A stretch of 64,000 nucleotides of DNA, taken from contig DALYEP010000001.1 in the NCBI GenBank assembly GCA_031972475.1, positions 543,180 through 607,179 of the forward strand, read 5' to 3'. Of this stretch, positions 19,690-29,834 are shown one piece after another; the stretch's first letter is position 1; each line of letters starts with the position of its first letter. Under the pieces are notes generated by a model. The model did no database searches. It saw only the letters and a program-made list of their open reading frames with translations, and was not told where the DNA came from. Source of the stretch: Candidatus Babeliales bacterium. GTDB lineage: Bacteria > Babelota > Babeliae > Babelales > CAIQNR01. Position numbers and translations under genes: made by a program.

Positions 19690-21177
19690 ATGAAAAATAA
19701 ATTTCCTACAATGTTAATAATTCTTGATGGAGTAGGATACAGAGAACAAGAAGACAGCAATGCGATTGCTCATGCGCACATGCCACATTTTTTTAAATTA
19801 CTTTCAGACTTTCCTTCAACAACTCTCAAAGCTTCAGGCACTGCTGTAGGATTACCCGAAGGATATCCTGGCAATTCTGAATTAGGCCATCTTACTATTG
19901 GCTGTGGAACAATCATAAAACAACCAATTTCTTTATTAGAAGAAGCATTTAGTCAAAAAAAAGCATCTGAATTTCCTATATTAAAAACAGCTTTTTCTCA
20001 TCTTTTAAAACAACACAAGACATTGCACATAATAGGACTTTTATCTGATGGAAATGTTCATTCTTCAATAAATCACTTATACAAATTTTTAGAAGCAGCA
20101 AAAGAATTTACCATACCCGTAGTTATTCATCCCTTTTTAGACGGAGAAGATGTTCAACCAGGAACAGCTTCTACTTACTTAGAACAACTTGATAACTTTA
20201 TAAACATATTAGGCACTGGTGTTATTGGATCTATTCATGGAAGGTTTTATGCGATGGATAGAAATAACAATTGGCACCTAACAGAAAAAAGTTATCGCAT
20301 TCTTACAGAAAAACAATCAAACACTGCAAATTCCTGGAAAGAAATTTTAAATTCTCCTGAGCATAAAGAACTTTCAGAAAACTATATCTTTCCAACACAA
20401 ATTAAAGGAAATCATCATATTAAACCTGGAGATAGTATTCTTTTTTTTAATTTTAAATCTGACAGAGCTCGTCAATTAACAAAACTTTTTTTAAAAGGAA
20501 ATCAAACAACCATAAAGCCATATCCATTAACTAATTTCATAACACCTGTTTCATATGGATCTAACTATGACACCACCATCCTTTTGCATCACAACCCTAT
20601 TTCACAAACATTAACAGGTATACTAAATGAAAATAATTACTCATATTGCACCATTGCAGAAACAGAAAAATTTCCTTACGCAACATATTATTTTAATGGG
20701 GGAAGAGAACAAAAATTAGAAAATGAAACAAGAATTATAATTCCTTCTCCGATACAAAAAACATACATCACCAATCCAGCAATGCAAGCAACCGTTATTA
20801 CAGAAGCTGCCGTTTCAACATTAAAAAACAATCCTCATGATTTTTATATTATTAATTATGCAAATGCAGATCTAGTAAGCCAATCTGGAGATTTTACTGC
20901 AACAGTAAAAGCTTTAGAGCATATAGATCAACAAATCGGAGTACTTTTTAATGAAATTGTTACAAAAAATAATGGGACGCTTATAGTAACAAGCGATCAT
21001 GGAAAAGCAGAAGATATGACTCAAAATAAAATTTTACACAAAAAAACACACCCTAACACAAATCCTGTTTATTTTATTGTGGCAAAACAAGATCTTAAAA
21101 ATCAAAATGTTATCTTACCACTAGAACAATTAAGCGACATTGCACCTTTTATGGCGCATATAATAATGGATCAATAA
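19690..21177 (+). CDS. gpmI: 2,3-bisphosphoglycerate-independent phosphoglycerate mutase
   Basis: MLIILDGVGY N-terminus and the HGRFYAMDRNNNW motif. 495 aa. RBS AGAGAAAGGTGGGG. Confidence 0.85.
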   Translation: MKNKFPTMLIILDGVGYREQEDSNAIAHAHMPHFFKLLSDFPSTTLKASGTAVGLPEGYPGNSELGHLTIGCGTIIKQPISLLEEAFSQKKASEFPILKTAFSHLLKQHKTLHIIGLLSDGNVHSSINHLYKFLEAAKEFTIPVVIHPFLDGEDVQPGTASTYLEQLDNFINILGTGVIGSIHGRFYAMDRNNNWHLTEKSYRILTEKQSNTANSWKEILNSPEHKELSENYIFPTQIKGNHHIKPGDSILFFNFKSDRARQLTKLFLKGNQTTIKPYPLTNFITPVSYGSNYDTTILLHHNPISQTLTGILNENNYSYCTIAETEKFPYATYYFNGGREQKLENETRIIIPSPIQKTYITNPAMQATVITEAAVSTLKNNPHDFYIINYANADLVSQSGDFTATVKALEHIDQQIGVLFNEIVTKNNGTLIVTSDHGKAEDMTQNKILHKKTHPNTNPVYFIVAKQDLKNQNVILPLEQLSDIAPFMAHIIMDQ

Positions 21178-21181
21178 GATC

Positions 21182-21751
21182 TTAAATGTCTAAACGATAA
21201 AAACAAAAACCATCATCTGCTGATTCAATTTTAAAACCAAATTTACGATAAAGTTTTTGAGCGCGTTCATTTTCTGCTCTAACAGAAACTTTAATAATTT
21301 TTGCACCTTCTTTTTTAAGACCTTCTACTGCATATCCAAAAAGAACTTCTCCAAATCCCCTACCTCTGTAATTTTCATCAACATCTAAAAGAAAAACTGT
21401 TCCTTCATAAAGACCGCGCATATAATAATTAACAAAACCAACAGGAATATTATTATCAAAAAGAACAACCGTCTTAAGTTTTCCATATGTACGGGGCTCC
21501 CATATATATGGAGAATTTTTTTCTAACATAAAATCAAGATCGTATTCTTTGCTAGCATGAAGTAAATACCAATTATCATAATTTTGTTGTTTGATAAAAT
21601 GAGCATCTCGAGCAAAATCAAAAGGACGAATATCAAATTTTGCATACGATCCTTTTTTGGAATTATAATTATTCCACCAAACAAAACCACTTACAGATCC
21701 AATCAAACAAACAAAAAGAATAAATTTGTTTATATTTTTTTTGAATAACAT
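21182..21751 (-). CDS. GNAT-family N-acetyltransferase with an N-terminal signal-anchor
   Basis: GNAT motif A (YRGRGFGEVLFGYAVEGLKKEG..KLYRKFGF). The N-terminal hydrophobic segment is FILFVCLIGSVSGFVWW. Confidence 0.7.
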   Translation of the reverse strand: MLFKKNINKFILFVCLIGSVSGFVWWNNYNSKKGSYAKFDIRPFDFARDAHFIKQQNYDNWYLLHASKEYDLDFMLEKNSPYIWEPRTYGKLKTVVLFDNNIPVGFVNYYMRGLYEGTVFLLDVDENYRGRGFGEVLFGYAVEGLKKEGAKIIKVSVRAENERAQKLYRKFGFKIESADDGFCFYRLDI

Positions 21752-21754
21752 TAT

Positions 21755-22504
21755 TTAAAAACCTTTATAAATTATTTTTTCTAAGCATAATCCTTTTGCA
21801 GGCGCTTTAGGAAGATTTTGAGGCAAAGATCCATATTTTAAAATAGCTTCTATTTCTTCTTTAGATCTCTTGTTATCTGAAGCAATCGCAAGAGAAGCTC
21901 CAACAATACGTCTAATCATATATTGTAAAAATGAAACCCCTTTGACTTTGATGATAAATCCATTTTGATCTAAATCATCTAATACTTCAATTGATAAAAC
22001 AGTTCTAATGGTATCTAAATCTCCATTCTTTTTAGAAAAAGCTTTAAAATCATACGTACCTACAAAAACCTGTAAAACTTCATATAGTTTTTCTCTGTCG
22101 ATAAAATGCCAATAAAAGTATCCATATCTCTGTTCTTTATAATGAGGACGAGTTGTAAAAACACGATATGTGTAAATTTTATAGTCAACATTATGCTGTG
22201 GATGAAAAGAGCCATTTACAAAACAAGCTTTTTCTATAAAAATCGAATGGGGCAATGCATTATTCATAATTAGACGCAGTTTTTCTGGCTCAAGAGGAAG
22301 CAATGTCCCTATTCTTACAACCTGACCCTGCGCATGAACTCCAGCATCTGTCCGAGAAGCCCCTACAAAATATACCTTATCCTGCTTAAAAACATGCAAA
22401 AAGGTCTTTTTTAAAAGACCTGCAACAGTAGGACCTTCAGATTGTTCTTGCCAGCCTAAATAATCGGTGCCATCGTATGAAACTATTAATTTATACCAAT
22501 ACAT
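21755..22504 (-). CDS. truA: tRNA pseudouridine(38-40) synthase
   Basis: GASRTDAGVHA catalytic-Asp motif. 249 aa. Confidence 0.85.
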   Translation of the reverse strand: MYWYKLIVSYDGTDYLGWQEQSEGPTVAGLLKKTFLHVFKQDKVYFVGASRTDAGVHAQGQVVRIGTLLPLEPEKLRLIMNNALPHSIFIEKACFVNGSFHPQHNVDYKIYTYRVFTTRPHYKEQRYGYFYWHFIDREKLYEVLQVFVGTYDFKAFSKKNGDLDTIRTVLSIEVLDDLDQNGFIIKVKGVSFLQYMIRRIVGASLAIASDNKRSKEEIEAILKYGSLPQNLPKAPAKGLCLEKIIYKGF

Positions 22505-22534
22505 ATTCTCAAACTTTGTATTAAAGATAAGAAA

Positions 22535-22571
22535 AAAGGCCTTTGATATTACTTCAAAGGCCTTTGATATT
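22535..22571. repeat. Two copies of a 16-nt unit AAAGGCCTTTGATATT, each centred on the palindrome AAAGGCCTTT, in the rpsR-truA intergenic region
   Basis: Read directly. It lies downstream of the rpsR stop and upstream of the truA start on the minus strand. Confidence 0.6.
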
Positions 22572-22590
22572 TTCTATAAAACAGAAAAAA

Positions 22591-22878
22591 CTAATAACGA
22601 ACTGAACTATATGGCAATAAAGCTATAGTACGAGCAAGTTTAACTTCTGTGCTCAACTTACGTTGATGAAAAGCACAATTTCCTGAAATACGAGATGGAA
22701 GAATTTTTCCACGCTCAGTCAAAAAATTATACAACAAATTAGTATTTTTATAATCAAGCATTACTGATTTATCAGTAGTGCTACAAAAGCGACATTGCTT
22801 AACCTGATTAGTAGTTTTTCTACGATTTCTTTTTTTAAGTAAACGGGAACTTACTTTAAGTTTTATTTTTTTTGTCAT
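22591..22878 (-). CDS. rpsR: 30S ribosomal protein S18
   Basis: CRFC..., KILPSRISGNCAFHQRKL and ARTIALLPY. Confidence 0.9.
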   Translation of the reverse strand: MTKKIKLKVSSRLLKKRNRRKTTNQVKQCRFCSTTDKSVMLDYKNTNLLYNFLTERGKILPSRISGNCAFHQRKLSTEVKLARTIALLPYSSVRY

Positions 22879-23342
22879 GCATGCATCCCTTCATCATCAA
22901 TATCACTACCAAAGTCATCATCACGACGCTTACTATCTTGACGAGGTAATAAACCTTCCATCTTGTTTTCTCTTAAAAATTCATCAACATTTCTTGTTTG
23001 AATTGCTTCAACAGTGTCAGGACGTTGATAATCAAGAGATTGTTTTGGATCAAGCTTATTAACAACACTACGCATAATAACTTCATGATATTTTACATCA
23101 AGCAAAAGTTTAATTTCTTTGAAAAAAACTTGAGGCTTATCCATTTCAAAACGAGTAAGGTAATAAATACCATAATCATGATTTTTAACTGGATATGCAA
23201 GACGGCATTTTCCCCATTTTTCAAAAGAAATAACGCTTCCATTATTTTCTTTAACTAACTTTTCATAATGCTTTTCAAAGTTAGCCATTTCATCCTCAGT
23301 AATTCCTGGGATGGCAAGCATGAGTATTTCATACTTTGTCAT
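22875..23342 (-). CDS. rpsF: 30S ribosomal protein S6
   Basis: MTKYEILMLAIP N-terminus with an acidic C-terminal tail. It overlaps rpsR by 4 nt (ATGA). There is no priB between them. Confidence 0.9.
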   Translation of the reverse strand: MTKYEILMLAIPGITEDEMANFEKHYEKLVKENNGSVISFEKWGKCRLAYPVKNHDYGIYYLTRFEMDKPQVFFKEIKLLLDVKYHEVIMRSVVNKLDPKQSLDYQRPDTVEAIQTRNVDEFLRENKMEGLLPRQDSKRRDDDFGSDIDDEGMHA

Positions 23343-23516
23343 GTTAAATCCCTTGTGTTTACCAACTGGAAATACCTCACCATGAGATATTATAAAATAA
23401 CACAGACCAGTTACCTTATTTGTGTAAACATTAATATAATAAGATAACCCCTAATATAGCAGATATTGGATAAAAAGATAGCCCAAAAAACAAGCTTTCA
23501 TAGGCTTTACAAATAA

Positions 23517-23544
23517 TAAAAACCGGCTTTTTAAGACCGGTTTT
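23517..23544. terminator. Hairpin AAAAACCGG-N10-CCGGTTTTT flanked by A/T runs; terminator for the HTH-S24 repressor gene
   Basis: Read directly. It lies 28 nt downstream of the stop of the minus-strand gene 23572-24249. Confidence 0.6.
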
Positions 23545-23571
23545 TATTATTTAAAATAAGATAAAATACAA

Positions 23572-24249
23572 TTAAACGTATCTTTGAATACGTTGAACTA
23601 CTTTACCTATAATTCTAAAATGATCTTTTCCTCGCACAAGCGCAATAGGAGCTTGTTTGCGACTTGGAGATTCAAGAACAATAAAGTCTTCGCTAAATGT
23701 TACTTGCATAATTGCTTTTAAAGTAACATCATTTCCATACTCAACAGCCGCAACATCGCCCGAGCGAGCCCATGTTTCAGGAGAAATAATAAGCAAATCA
23801 CCTTTAATAAAAGCAGGTGCTAACAAGTTATTATCCATTGAAAGAGCAAACATAGAAGCATCTGTTGTGTTTAAAGTAGGAATAAAAACATCTTTATAGC
23901 CTGTTGTCGTCTGCATAAGCTGATTATTGTAAGGAGATGGATTTGAAGGAATTTCTCCTACAACAGGGACTATTTGCACTTTAAGCTCAATATCAGATTT
24001 TTCTGGCATACTAATATTACTATCAATATTATCCGTACGTTTACGACGCTCCGCAAACAAATCTATTGGGCTTACTTCAAATGCATTTGCCAATTTTTTT
24101 AATGAATCTTCATTCCAACGCCTTGTTCCATTTTTTATATGAGTCAAATAACTTTCTGACATACCGGTTTTTTCAGCCAATATTTTTGTAGTCCAGCCTT
24201 TTTCTCTTAAAAGCTCCTTGACTCTTAATGCTGTAGATGACATGATCAA
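23572..24249 (-). CDS. LexA/CI-like repressor: XRE-family HTH fused to an S24 self-cleaving peptidase domain
   Basis: N-terminal HTH_3 (LRVKELLREKGWTTKILAEKTGMSESYLTHIKNG). The C-terminus carries the S24 Ser-Lys dyad context (FALSMDN..., GDLLIISPE, VTLKAI). Confidence 0.7.
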   Translation of the reverse strand: MIMSSTALRVKELLREKGWTTKILAEKTGMSESYLTHIKNGTRRWNEDSLKKLANAFEVSPIDLFAERRKRTDNIDSNISMPEKSDIELKVQIVPVVGEIPSNPSPYNNQLMQTTTGYKDVFIPTLNTTDASMFALSMDNNLLAPAFIKGDLLIISPETWARSGDVAAVEYGNDVTLKAIMQVTFSEDFIVLESPSRKQAPIALVRGKDHFRIIGKVVQRIQRYV

Positions 24250-24330
24250 CTCCTTTAGATTGATAATTTTAAATATAAATCTACACGTGCGTATTTTCTA
24301 ATAGAGTACAAGATAGCAAGAGCATGTCAA

Positions 24331-25044
24331 ATGGAAAAAAACAAAAAACAAATTCCTGACAAATCAAAATATAATGATAATACACATTTTGAAAAAAAAT
24401 ATTGGGCATCTGGAGCTTATTTATGCGGAATAGACGAGGTTGGCAGAGGATCACTTTCGGGACCATTAGTAACAGCAGCTGTAATTCTCAAACCATTCAA
24501 AACTCACGAACTATTAGTCGATTCAAAAATACTATCTGAAAAGAAACGCGTTAAAGCTACAGAATGGATTTTAAGCAACAGCTGGCATGCCTTTGGAATG
24601 GCAGACCATCACGAAATTAACAGTTTAGGAATTTATCAAGCAACTCAAAATGCCATGAAGCGAGCACTTTATTCACTTTTATCTCAACCAGAAGCACCTC
24701 ATCCTTCAAAAGTATTGGTCGATGCTATACCTTTAGATATTTCTAATCCTTTTTCAAAAACCTTAGAAATTGAATATTTTTGCTATGGAGAAACTAGATC
24801 AATTTCTATTGCAGCAGCTTCTATTATTGCTAAAACATATCGTGATGAATTATTAACCCAATTAGATATGATATATAAAAATTACGACTTTAAAAAAAGC
24901 AAAGGCTATGGCACTAAAAAGCATATTACAGGAATTATTACTCAAGGCCCTTGCTTGATGCATAGAAAGCTTTTTATAAAAAAAATAAACCAAGGAAACA
25001 CAAGTGAGCATCACGAAAAAAATCAAAAATCCCTTTTTTGCTGA
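24331..25044 (+). CDS. rnhB: Ribonuclease HII
   Basis: GIDEVGRGSLSGPLVTAAV catalytic motif. Confidence 0.85.
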   Translation: MEKNKKQIPDKSKYNDNTHFEKKYWASGAYLCGIDEVGRGSLSGPLVTAAVILKPFKTHELLVDSKILSEKKRVKATEWILSNSWHAFGMADHHEINSLGIYQATQNAMKRALYSLLSQPEAPHPSKVLVDAIPLDISNPFSKTLEIEYFCYGETRSISIAAASIIAKTYRDELLTQLDMIYKNYDFKKSKGYGTKKHITGIITQGPCLMHRKLFIKKINQGNTSEHHEKNQKSLFC

Positions 25045-25618
25045 AGTAGTAGAAAGCTCTCTTTATGGATGGAAAGCTCAAAGCTGGCAATGGGACTTTT
25101 CTCCTTCGTTTGGAGCACTTGTAACATTACAAACAGATGAACGCATATGGTTTGGAATTGTTTATCAATCTGCAACTGCATCAAGCGACCCTAGTCGTCA
25201 CACTTATGCATATAAAAAAACAGCAGAAGAGTTGCAAGCAGAGCAACCTCAAATTTTTAATTTTTTACAAACAAATTTTGAATGTGTAACTGTTGGTTTT
25301 AGCGAAAATGAAAAAATTATTTATCAAATATCTCCTGAACCTCCAAAAATTCATACCTTTGTTCAATACGCAAGCCAATTACAAGCTCAACATTTTTTTT
25401 CCTCCTCGCTGTATCTTTCGGTACTTTTTCAAGCAACTCACATACCAAATCTTGACGAATTACTACTTGCTATCATGTGGAATCAACACAAGATAGGCCT
25501 TCTTAATGAAGAAAAAATAACATCATCAGTTGAACACCTTTCTCTTTTAATGGGCAATGATTACCGAAGAATAAAATTATTATTACAACGACTAGAAGCT
25601 CATAATCTTATTTATTGA
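25004..25618 (+). CDS. Hypothetical protein
   Basis: 204-aa ORF whose start overlaps the rnhB 3' end by 41 nt. No motif recognised. The exact start is uncertain. Confidence 0.35.
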   Translation: MSITKKIKNPFFAEVVESSLYGWKAQSWQWDFSPSFGALVTLQTDERIWFGIVYQSATASSDPSRHTYAYKKTAEELQAEQPQIFNFLQTNFECVTVGFSENEKIIYQISPEPPKIHTFVQYASQLQAQHFFSSSLYLSVLFQATHIPNLDELLLAIMWNQHKIGLLNEEKITSSVEHLSLLMGNDYRRIKLLLQRLEAHNLIY

Positions 25619-25628
25619 AAGCATAACT

Positions 25629-26516
25629 ATGCATATATCAATTAAAAAACTTATAGAAACATGCACTACAATTTTAAAAGAAAAATATGTTGATCAAGAT
25701 CATATACAATCGATTATATGGTGGATACTTGAAGAAATATCTAATATTTCAAAATTAACGTTTTTAACATCTGACAAAGAAATAACAACACTTCAAGAAA
25801 AAAAAATTGTGATGGCTATTCAAAAACACATAAAAGAAGACTATCCATTACAATACATCCTAAAAAAAATTTCTTTTTGTGGATTAACTATCACTGTTGA
25901 AGAACCAATACTTATACCTCGGCCCGAAACAGAAGAATGGGTCATGAATCTTATTAATCAATGTGCATCTTTAAAAGATGAATCACTCTCTATACTTGAC
26001 CTTTGCACTGGCTCTGGTTGTATAGGAATATCTCTTGCAAAAGCATTTCCAAAATCAACTGTAATGGGTATTGATATAGAACCAAAAGCAATTGCTCTTG
26101 CAAAAAAAAATGCTCAATTAAATAATGTTTTAAATATAAAGTTTATAGAAGCAAACCTCTTTGAACACATTGAAAAAGAACAATTTGATATCATCGTTTC
26201 AAACCCTCCTTATATTTCAGAATCTGATTTTTTAAAATTACACCCAACAGTAGCTAAATGGGAAGATAAAAAAGCTCTTACTGCTGATGAAAATGGACTT
26301 TCTATAATTAAGGATATCATCAAATATGGACATTTACATTTAAAAAAAGAAAGCCCTGTTCAATTATACAATATCCCAAGAATATTAATCGAAATAGGAT
26401 ACGACCAAGGAGAATGTGTAAATCTTTTTTCTAAAAAACATAAGTATGATAAAATAGCTATTTTAAATGATTTTAATGGAATTAACAGAGTTGTAACACT
26501 AATAAAAAAATGGTGA
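25629..26516 (+). CDS. prmC: Release factor glutamine N5-methyltransferase (HemK/PrmC)
   Basis: SAM motif DLCTGSGCIGI and the NPPY catalytic motif. Confidence 0.8.
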   Translation: MHISIKKLIETCTTILKEKYVDQDHIQSIIWWILEEISNISKLTFLTSDKEITTLQEKKIVMAIQKHIKEDYPLQYILKKISFCGLTITVEEPILIPRPETEEWVMNLINQCASLKDESLSILDLCTGSGCIGISLAKAFPKSTVMGIDIEPKAIALAKKNAQLNNVLNIKFIEANLFEHIEKEQFDIIVSNPPYISESDFLKLHPTVAKWEDKKALTADENGLSIIKDIIKYGHLHLKKESPVQLYNIPRILIEIGYDQGECVNLFSKKHKYDKIAILNDFNGINRVVTLIKKW

Positions 26517-26520
26517 ATTT

Positions 26521-26823
26521 ATGAAAAAAATAATACTAAGCATTATGATAATACATATTTATGCATATTCTAACTCTCAGCAACGAGAATTTTCCCAGGA
26601 AATTTCTCGTCAAGATACAGTACGCATAACAGCAAATTTCATAACAGCGTTTAATGCATTTCAAACACTAAACCCAGAGCATCGCTTACCAATCGTACAA
26701 AGTCTGCTCAGAAATCTTAATACACAAGAAATTAGTTATTTAGCAGAATATATAAATGGAATAAACGCTCTCAGACAAAGACAAAACCCAAATCCTAACC
26801 CAAATCCTGACATACAAAATTAA
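26521..26823 (+). CDS. Small secreted protein with a C-terminal (NP)n repeat
   Basis: Signal peptide. QNPNPNPNPD is encoded by two copies of CCCAAATCCTAA. Confidence 0.4.
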   Translation: MKKIILSIMIIHIYAYSNSQQREFSQEISRQDTVRITANFITAFNAFQTLNPEHRLPIVQSLLRNLNTQEISYLAEYINGINALRQRQNPNPNPNPDIQN

Positions 26824-26840
26824 TCAAACAAAATACTCTT

Positions 26841-28670
26841 ATGATTATTAAACATCTAAACCCAATAGAAGCTCAAAAAATAGCAGCTGGAGAAGTTATA
26901 GAACGTCCTGTAAATATTATAAAGGAATTTATTGAAAATTCGCTTGACGCTCAGGCTACAAAAATAAGTATTGCTGTAGAAGATGGGGGCAAAAAGTCTA
27001 TTACCATAACAGACAATGGTACAGGAATGGACGAAGCTGATGCTCGCATCTGCTTTTTGCGCCACACAACAAGTAAATTAAATTCGTTTGATGAACTTTC
27101 ATCTCTTGCAACGTTTGGGTTTAGAGGGGAAGCTCTTGCTAGTATATGCAGTGTTGCCCGTGTAACGCTCATAACACGATTAAACAACAATAATCATGGT
27201 ATTAAGTTAAGTATTGAAAATGGAATTATTACTCAAGAAGAAATAATAGGCACTGCAATTGGAACAACTATAAGCATTCATGATCTTTTTTATAATGTTC
27301 CGGCCAGACAAAAATTTTTAAAAACAACAACAACAGAATTTAATCAAATAGTTCAATTATTTAAAGCCTTTTGTCTAAGTAATCTTTTTGTTCATTTTAC
27401 TCTTTCTCATAATGGACTTATAACTTACAATTGCCCTGCAATTACAACCTTAGAAGAAAGAATTTCTCAAATATTTGAATCAATAATCACAAAACATCTT
27501 TTTTTAATTGAAGAAGGCTCTCAGCATGGTTCAATTAATGGAATTGTTACAGGACCTCATTATAGCAAATATGATAGATCAGGAATTTTTATATTTGTAA
27601 ACAAGCGATGGATAAAAAATTTTGGTATATCTCAAGCAATTATTAAAGCATACAAAAATATTTTACCAACAGGTAAATATCCTCTTGCCGTTATATCTAT
27701 AAATGTTCCATCACATCAAGTTGACATTAATACTCATCCAAAAAAAGAAGATGTTCTTTTTTTACATCCCAGAATTATAGAAAATTTAGTAACTACTGCA
27801 ATTACTCAAGTATTAGAAAAATCTTTTTCAAAAATTTTATCTGAAACTGTTGCTCATCAATTAATACCCTCACCTTTATCAAACAATAATCTAACAAACA
27901 ATTCTGCGTTTGAATTTAAACCTTTTTTTAACAATGAAGATGTGCTTTATCATAAACATAAAGATTTATTAGCAAAAGAACCTTTTGATAATGTAAATAA
28001 ACCTTTTTATTTTCAAGAAAAAAATAAAGATTTTATAAAAAATGAATCAATCTACGAAGAACCGATTCAAAGCTCCTATATTCCAGATTCTTTAGATTTA
28101 CACACAATTATAGGACAATTTCATTCTACTTATATTTTACTTGAGCATCCAGATGGACTTTTACTAATAGATCAACATGCAGCTCATGAACGAATCTTAT
28201 ATGAATACATCGAAAAGACTTTTAACAAACCAGAAAGTATAACATTACTTTTTCCAGAAACTGTTTTTGTTCAAAAAGAAAATATGGAATTACTTTCTCA
28301 ATATTTCCCTCTTTTACATGATCATGGAATTGTTATTGAGCAATTTTCTGAACAAGAATGCATCGTTAGAGCAAAACCCGCTTATGCTCAATCCATTAAT
28401 ATTAAAGATTTATTACACAACATTAATGGATGGATCAATGACTTTGGAAGAGCAGAAAAAGAAGTTATTAAACGATTTATAACTGAAAAAATACGCGCTC
28501 AACTAGCCTGCAAAGCAGCTATAAAAGCGGGTGATATTTTATCTTTAGAAGAAATGAAAGAACTTCTTTTAAAACTTGATAAAACAAAAAACCGCTTCAG
28601 CTGCCCTCATGGAAGACCTACAAGCTGGCTTCTTTCTTTATTTGATATCGAAAAAAAGTTTAAAAGATAA
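26841..28670 (+). CDS. mutL: DNA mismatch repair protein MutL
   Basis: GHKL ATPase motifs (ELIENSLDA, TDNGTGM, GFRGEAL). 609 aa. Confidence 0.9.
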   Translation: MIIKHLNPIEAQKIAAGEVIERPVNIIKEFIENSLDAQATKISIAVEDGGKKSITITDNGTGMDEADARICFLRHTTSKLNSFDELSSLATFGFRGEALASICSVARVTLITRLNNNNHGIKLSIENGIITQEEIIGTAIGTTISIHDLFYNVPARQKFLKTTTTEFNQIVQLFKAFCLSNLFVHFTLSHNGLITYNCPAITTLEERISQIFESIITKHLFLIEEGSQHGSINGIVTGPHYSKYDRSGIFIFVNKRWIKNFGISQAIIKAYKNILPTGKYPLAVISINVPSHQVDINTHPKKEDVLFLHPRIIENLVTTAITQVLEKSFSKILSETVAHQLIPSPLSNNNLTNNSAFEFKPFFNNEDVLYHKHKDLLAKEPFDNVNKPFYFQEKNKDFIKNESIYEEPIQSSYIPDSLDLHTIIGQFHSTYILLEHPDGLLLIDQHAAHERILYEYIEKTFNKPESITLLFPETVFVQKENMELLSQYFPLLHDHGIVIEQFSEQECIVRAKPAYAQSINIKDLLHNINGWINDFGRAEKEVIKRFITEKIRAQLACKAAIKAGDILSLEEMKELLLKLDKTKNRFSCPHGRPTSWLLSLFDIEKKFKR

Positions 28671-28672
28671 TT

Positions 28673-29623
28673 TTATTGATTAATAAAATCTTTTTGAGAC
28701 TTTTTATACCAACCATAAAAAAGAAATGTCATAAAAGGCAAAATAATCAGCCCCTTAAAACAAATTTGGTTAATTAAAGTAAAAATAGGGCTTGTTACAA
28801 CAAGCAGCCTTTCACTCAAAAAGAAACTTATCGATAAAAATGGTATAAGAGCTGTAAAAACTGCACATAATAAAAATATATCATAAAAACGAGTCTTTAA
28901 TGCTTTATAAAAAAGAGATTTTAAAGAATCTTCGGATACAATTGCTCCATAACTAACAACACAAAAAATTAATCCTACCCATGCAAAAAATAAAAAGAGG
29001 GCAATTAAAGAAACAACAATCAAAGAAAAAAAGAAGTATCCAATAAAAAAGCCAATTTGGGGAGCTATTGTTTGAATAGAAGATACCAAGTTAACAATTT
29101 TTAAAAAACCTGCGATCATCATTAAAAATCTTGTTAAAAAAAAGAGTGAAACCACAATTATCCCACCCATTAACGCAACCATCCAATTTCTTAAAACTGC
29201 TTTATAATTAATAAATAAATCAAACCAGGCAACTTGTTTATTATCATAAATTAAGGTTAATGATCGTATGAATCCAATTGTAGAAAAATGGATAAGAAAC
29301 ATCATTGCTATATAAAAAATCCTAATGATTAAAGGAGAGATTTTAGCAACAGAAAGAACTAAAAGATTCCAACCTGCAACATAAGGGAAATATTTTTTTT
29401 GGGTAACTGCAAAAGCAATTTTTTCATTAAAATCAAAATTAATAAAATTTTTAAAGGCTATAACATCCCAAACAGGAAACTCTGATGCAATTAGAGTAAT
29501 GGTCGCAATTGCACATATTAAGCTGAACTGAAAGGCTAAAGTAAAAACTTTAGAAAAATTATTGTAATAAACCAACCAGGCATTTTTAAAAAAATCATAC
29601 GTATTTTTTATAAACATAGGCAT
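28673..29623 (-). CDS. Polytopic membrane protein, function unknown
   Basis: 316 aa with about 8 hydrophobic helices. Confidence 0.5.
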   Translation of the reverse strand: MPMFIKNTYDFFKNAWLVYYNNFSKVFTLAFQFSLICAIATITLIASEFPVWDVIAFKNFINFDFNEKIAFAVTQKKYFPYVAGWNLLVLSVAKISPLIIRIFYIAMMFLIHFSTIGFIRSLTLIYDNKQVAWFDLFINYKAVLRNWMVALMGGIIVVSLFFLTRFLMMIAGFLKIVNLVSSIQTIAPQIGFFIGYFFFSLIVVSLIALFLFFAWVGLIFCVVSYGAIVSEDSLKSLFYKALKTRFYDIFLLCAVFTALIPFLSISFFLSERLLVVTSPIFTLINQICFKGLIILPFMTFLFYGWYKKSQKDFINQ

Positions 29624-29834
29624 ACTCCGTTAAAAACTAAGTTAAATAAGATTGTTTTTGATATATTATACAATATAAACAATGCAAAAATTCAAATCAA
29701 AAATAAGAGATTACTTTTATAATTAAAAAACTTTTAACTATAAAACAAAAAGCTTGTCTACTTCATAAAGTATTATTGACACCTTATAGAATGCCTTTTA
29801 ACTTTTATACGTTCATAAAAATTAAAAGGAAAAA

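Noticed and set aside
25004-25044. A 41-nt overlap between the rnhB 3' end and the start of ORF 25004-25618, suggesting a frameshift or fusion
   Set aside because: Both frames are open with plausible proteins. Without alignment I cannot distinguish genuine overlap, a downstream non-ATG start, or a sequencing frameshift, so I did not call a pseudogene.
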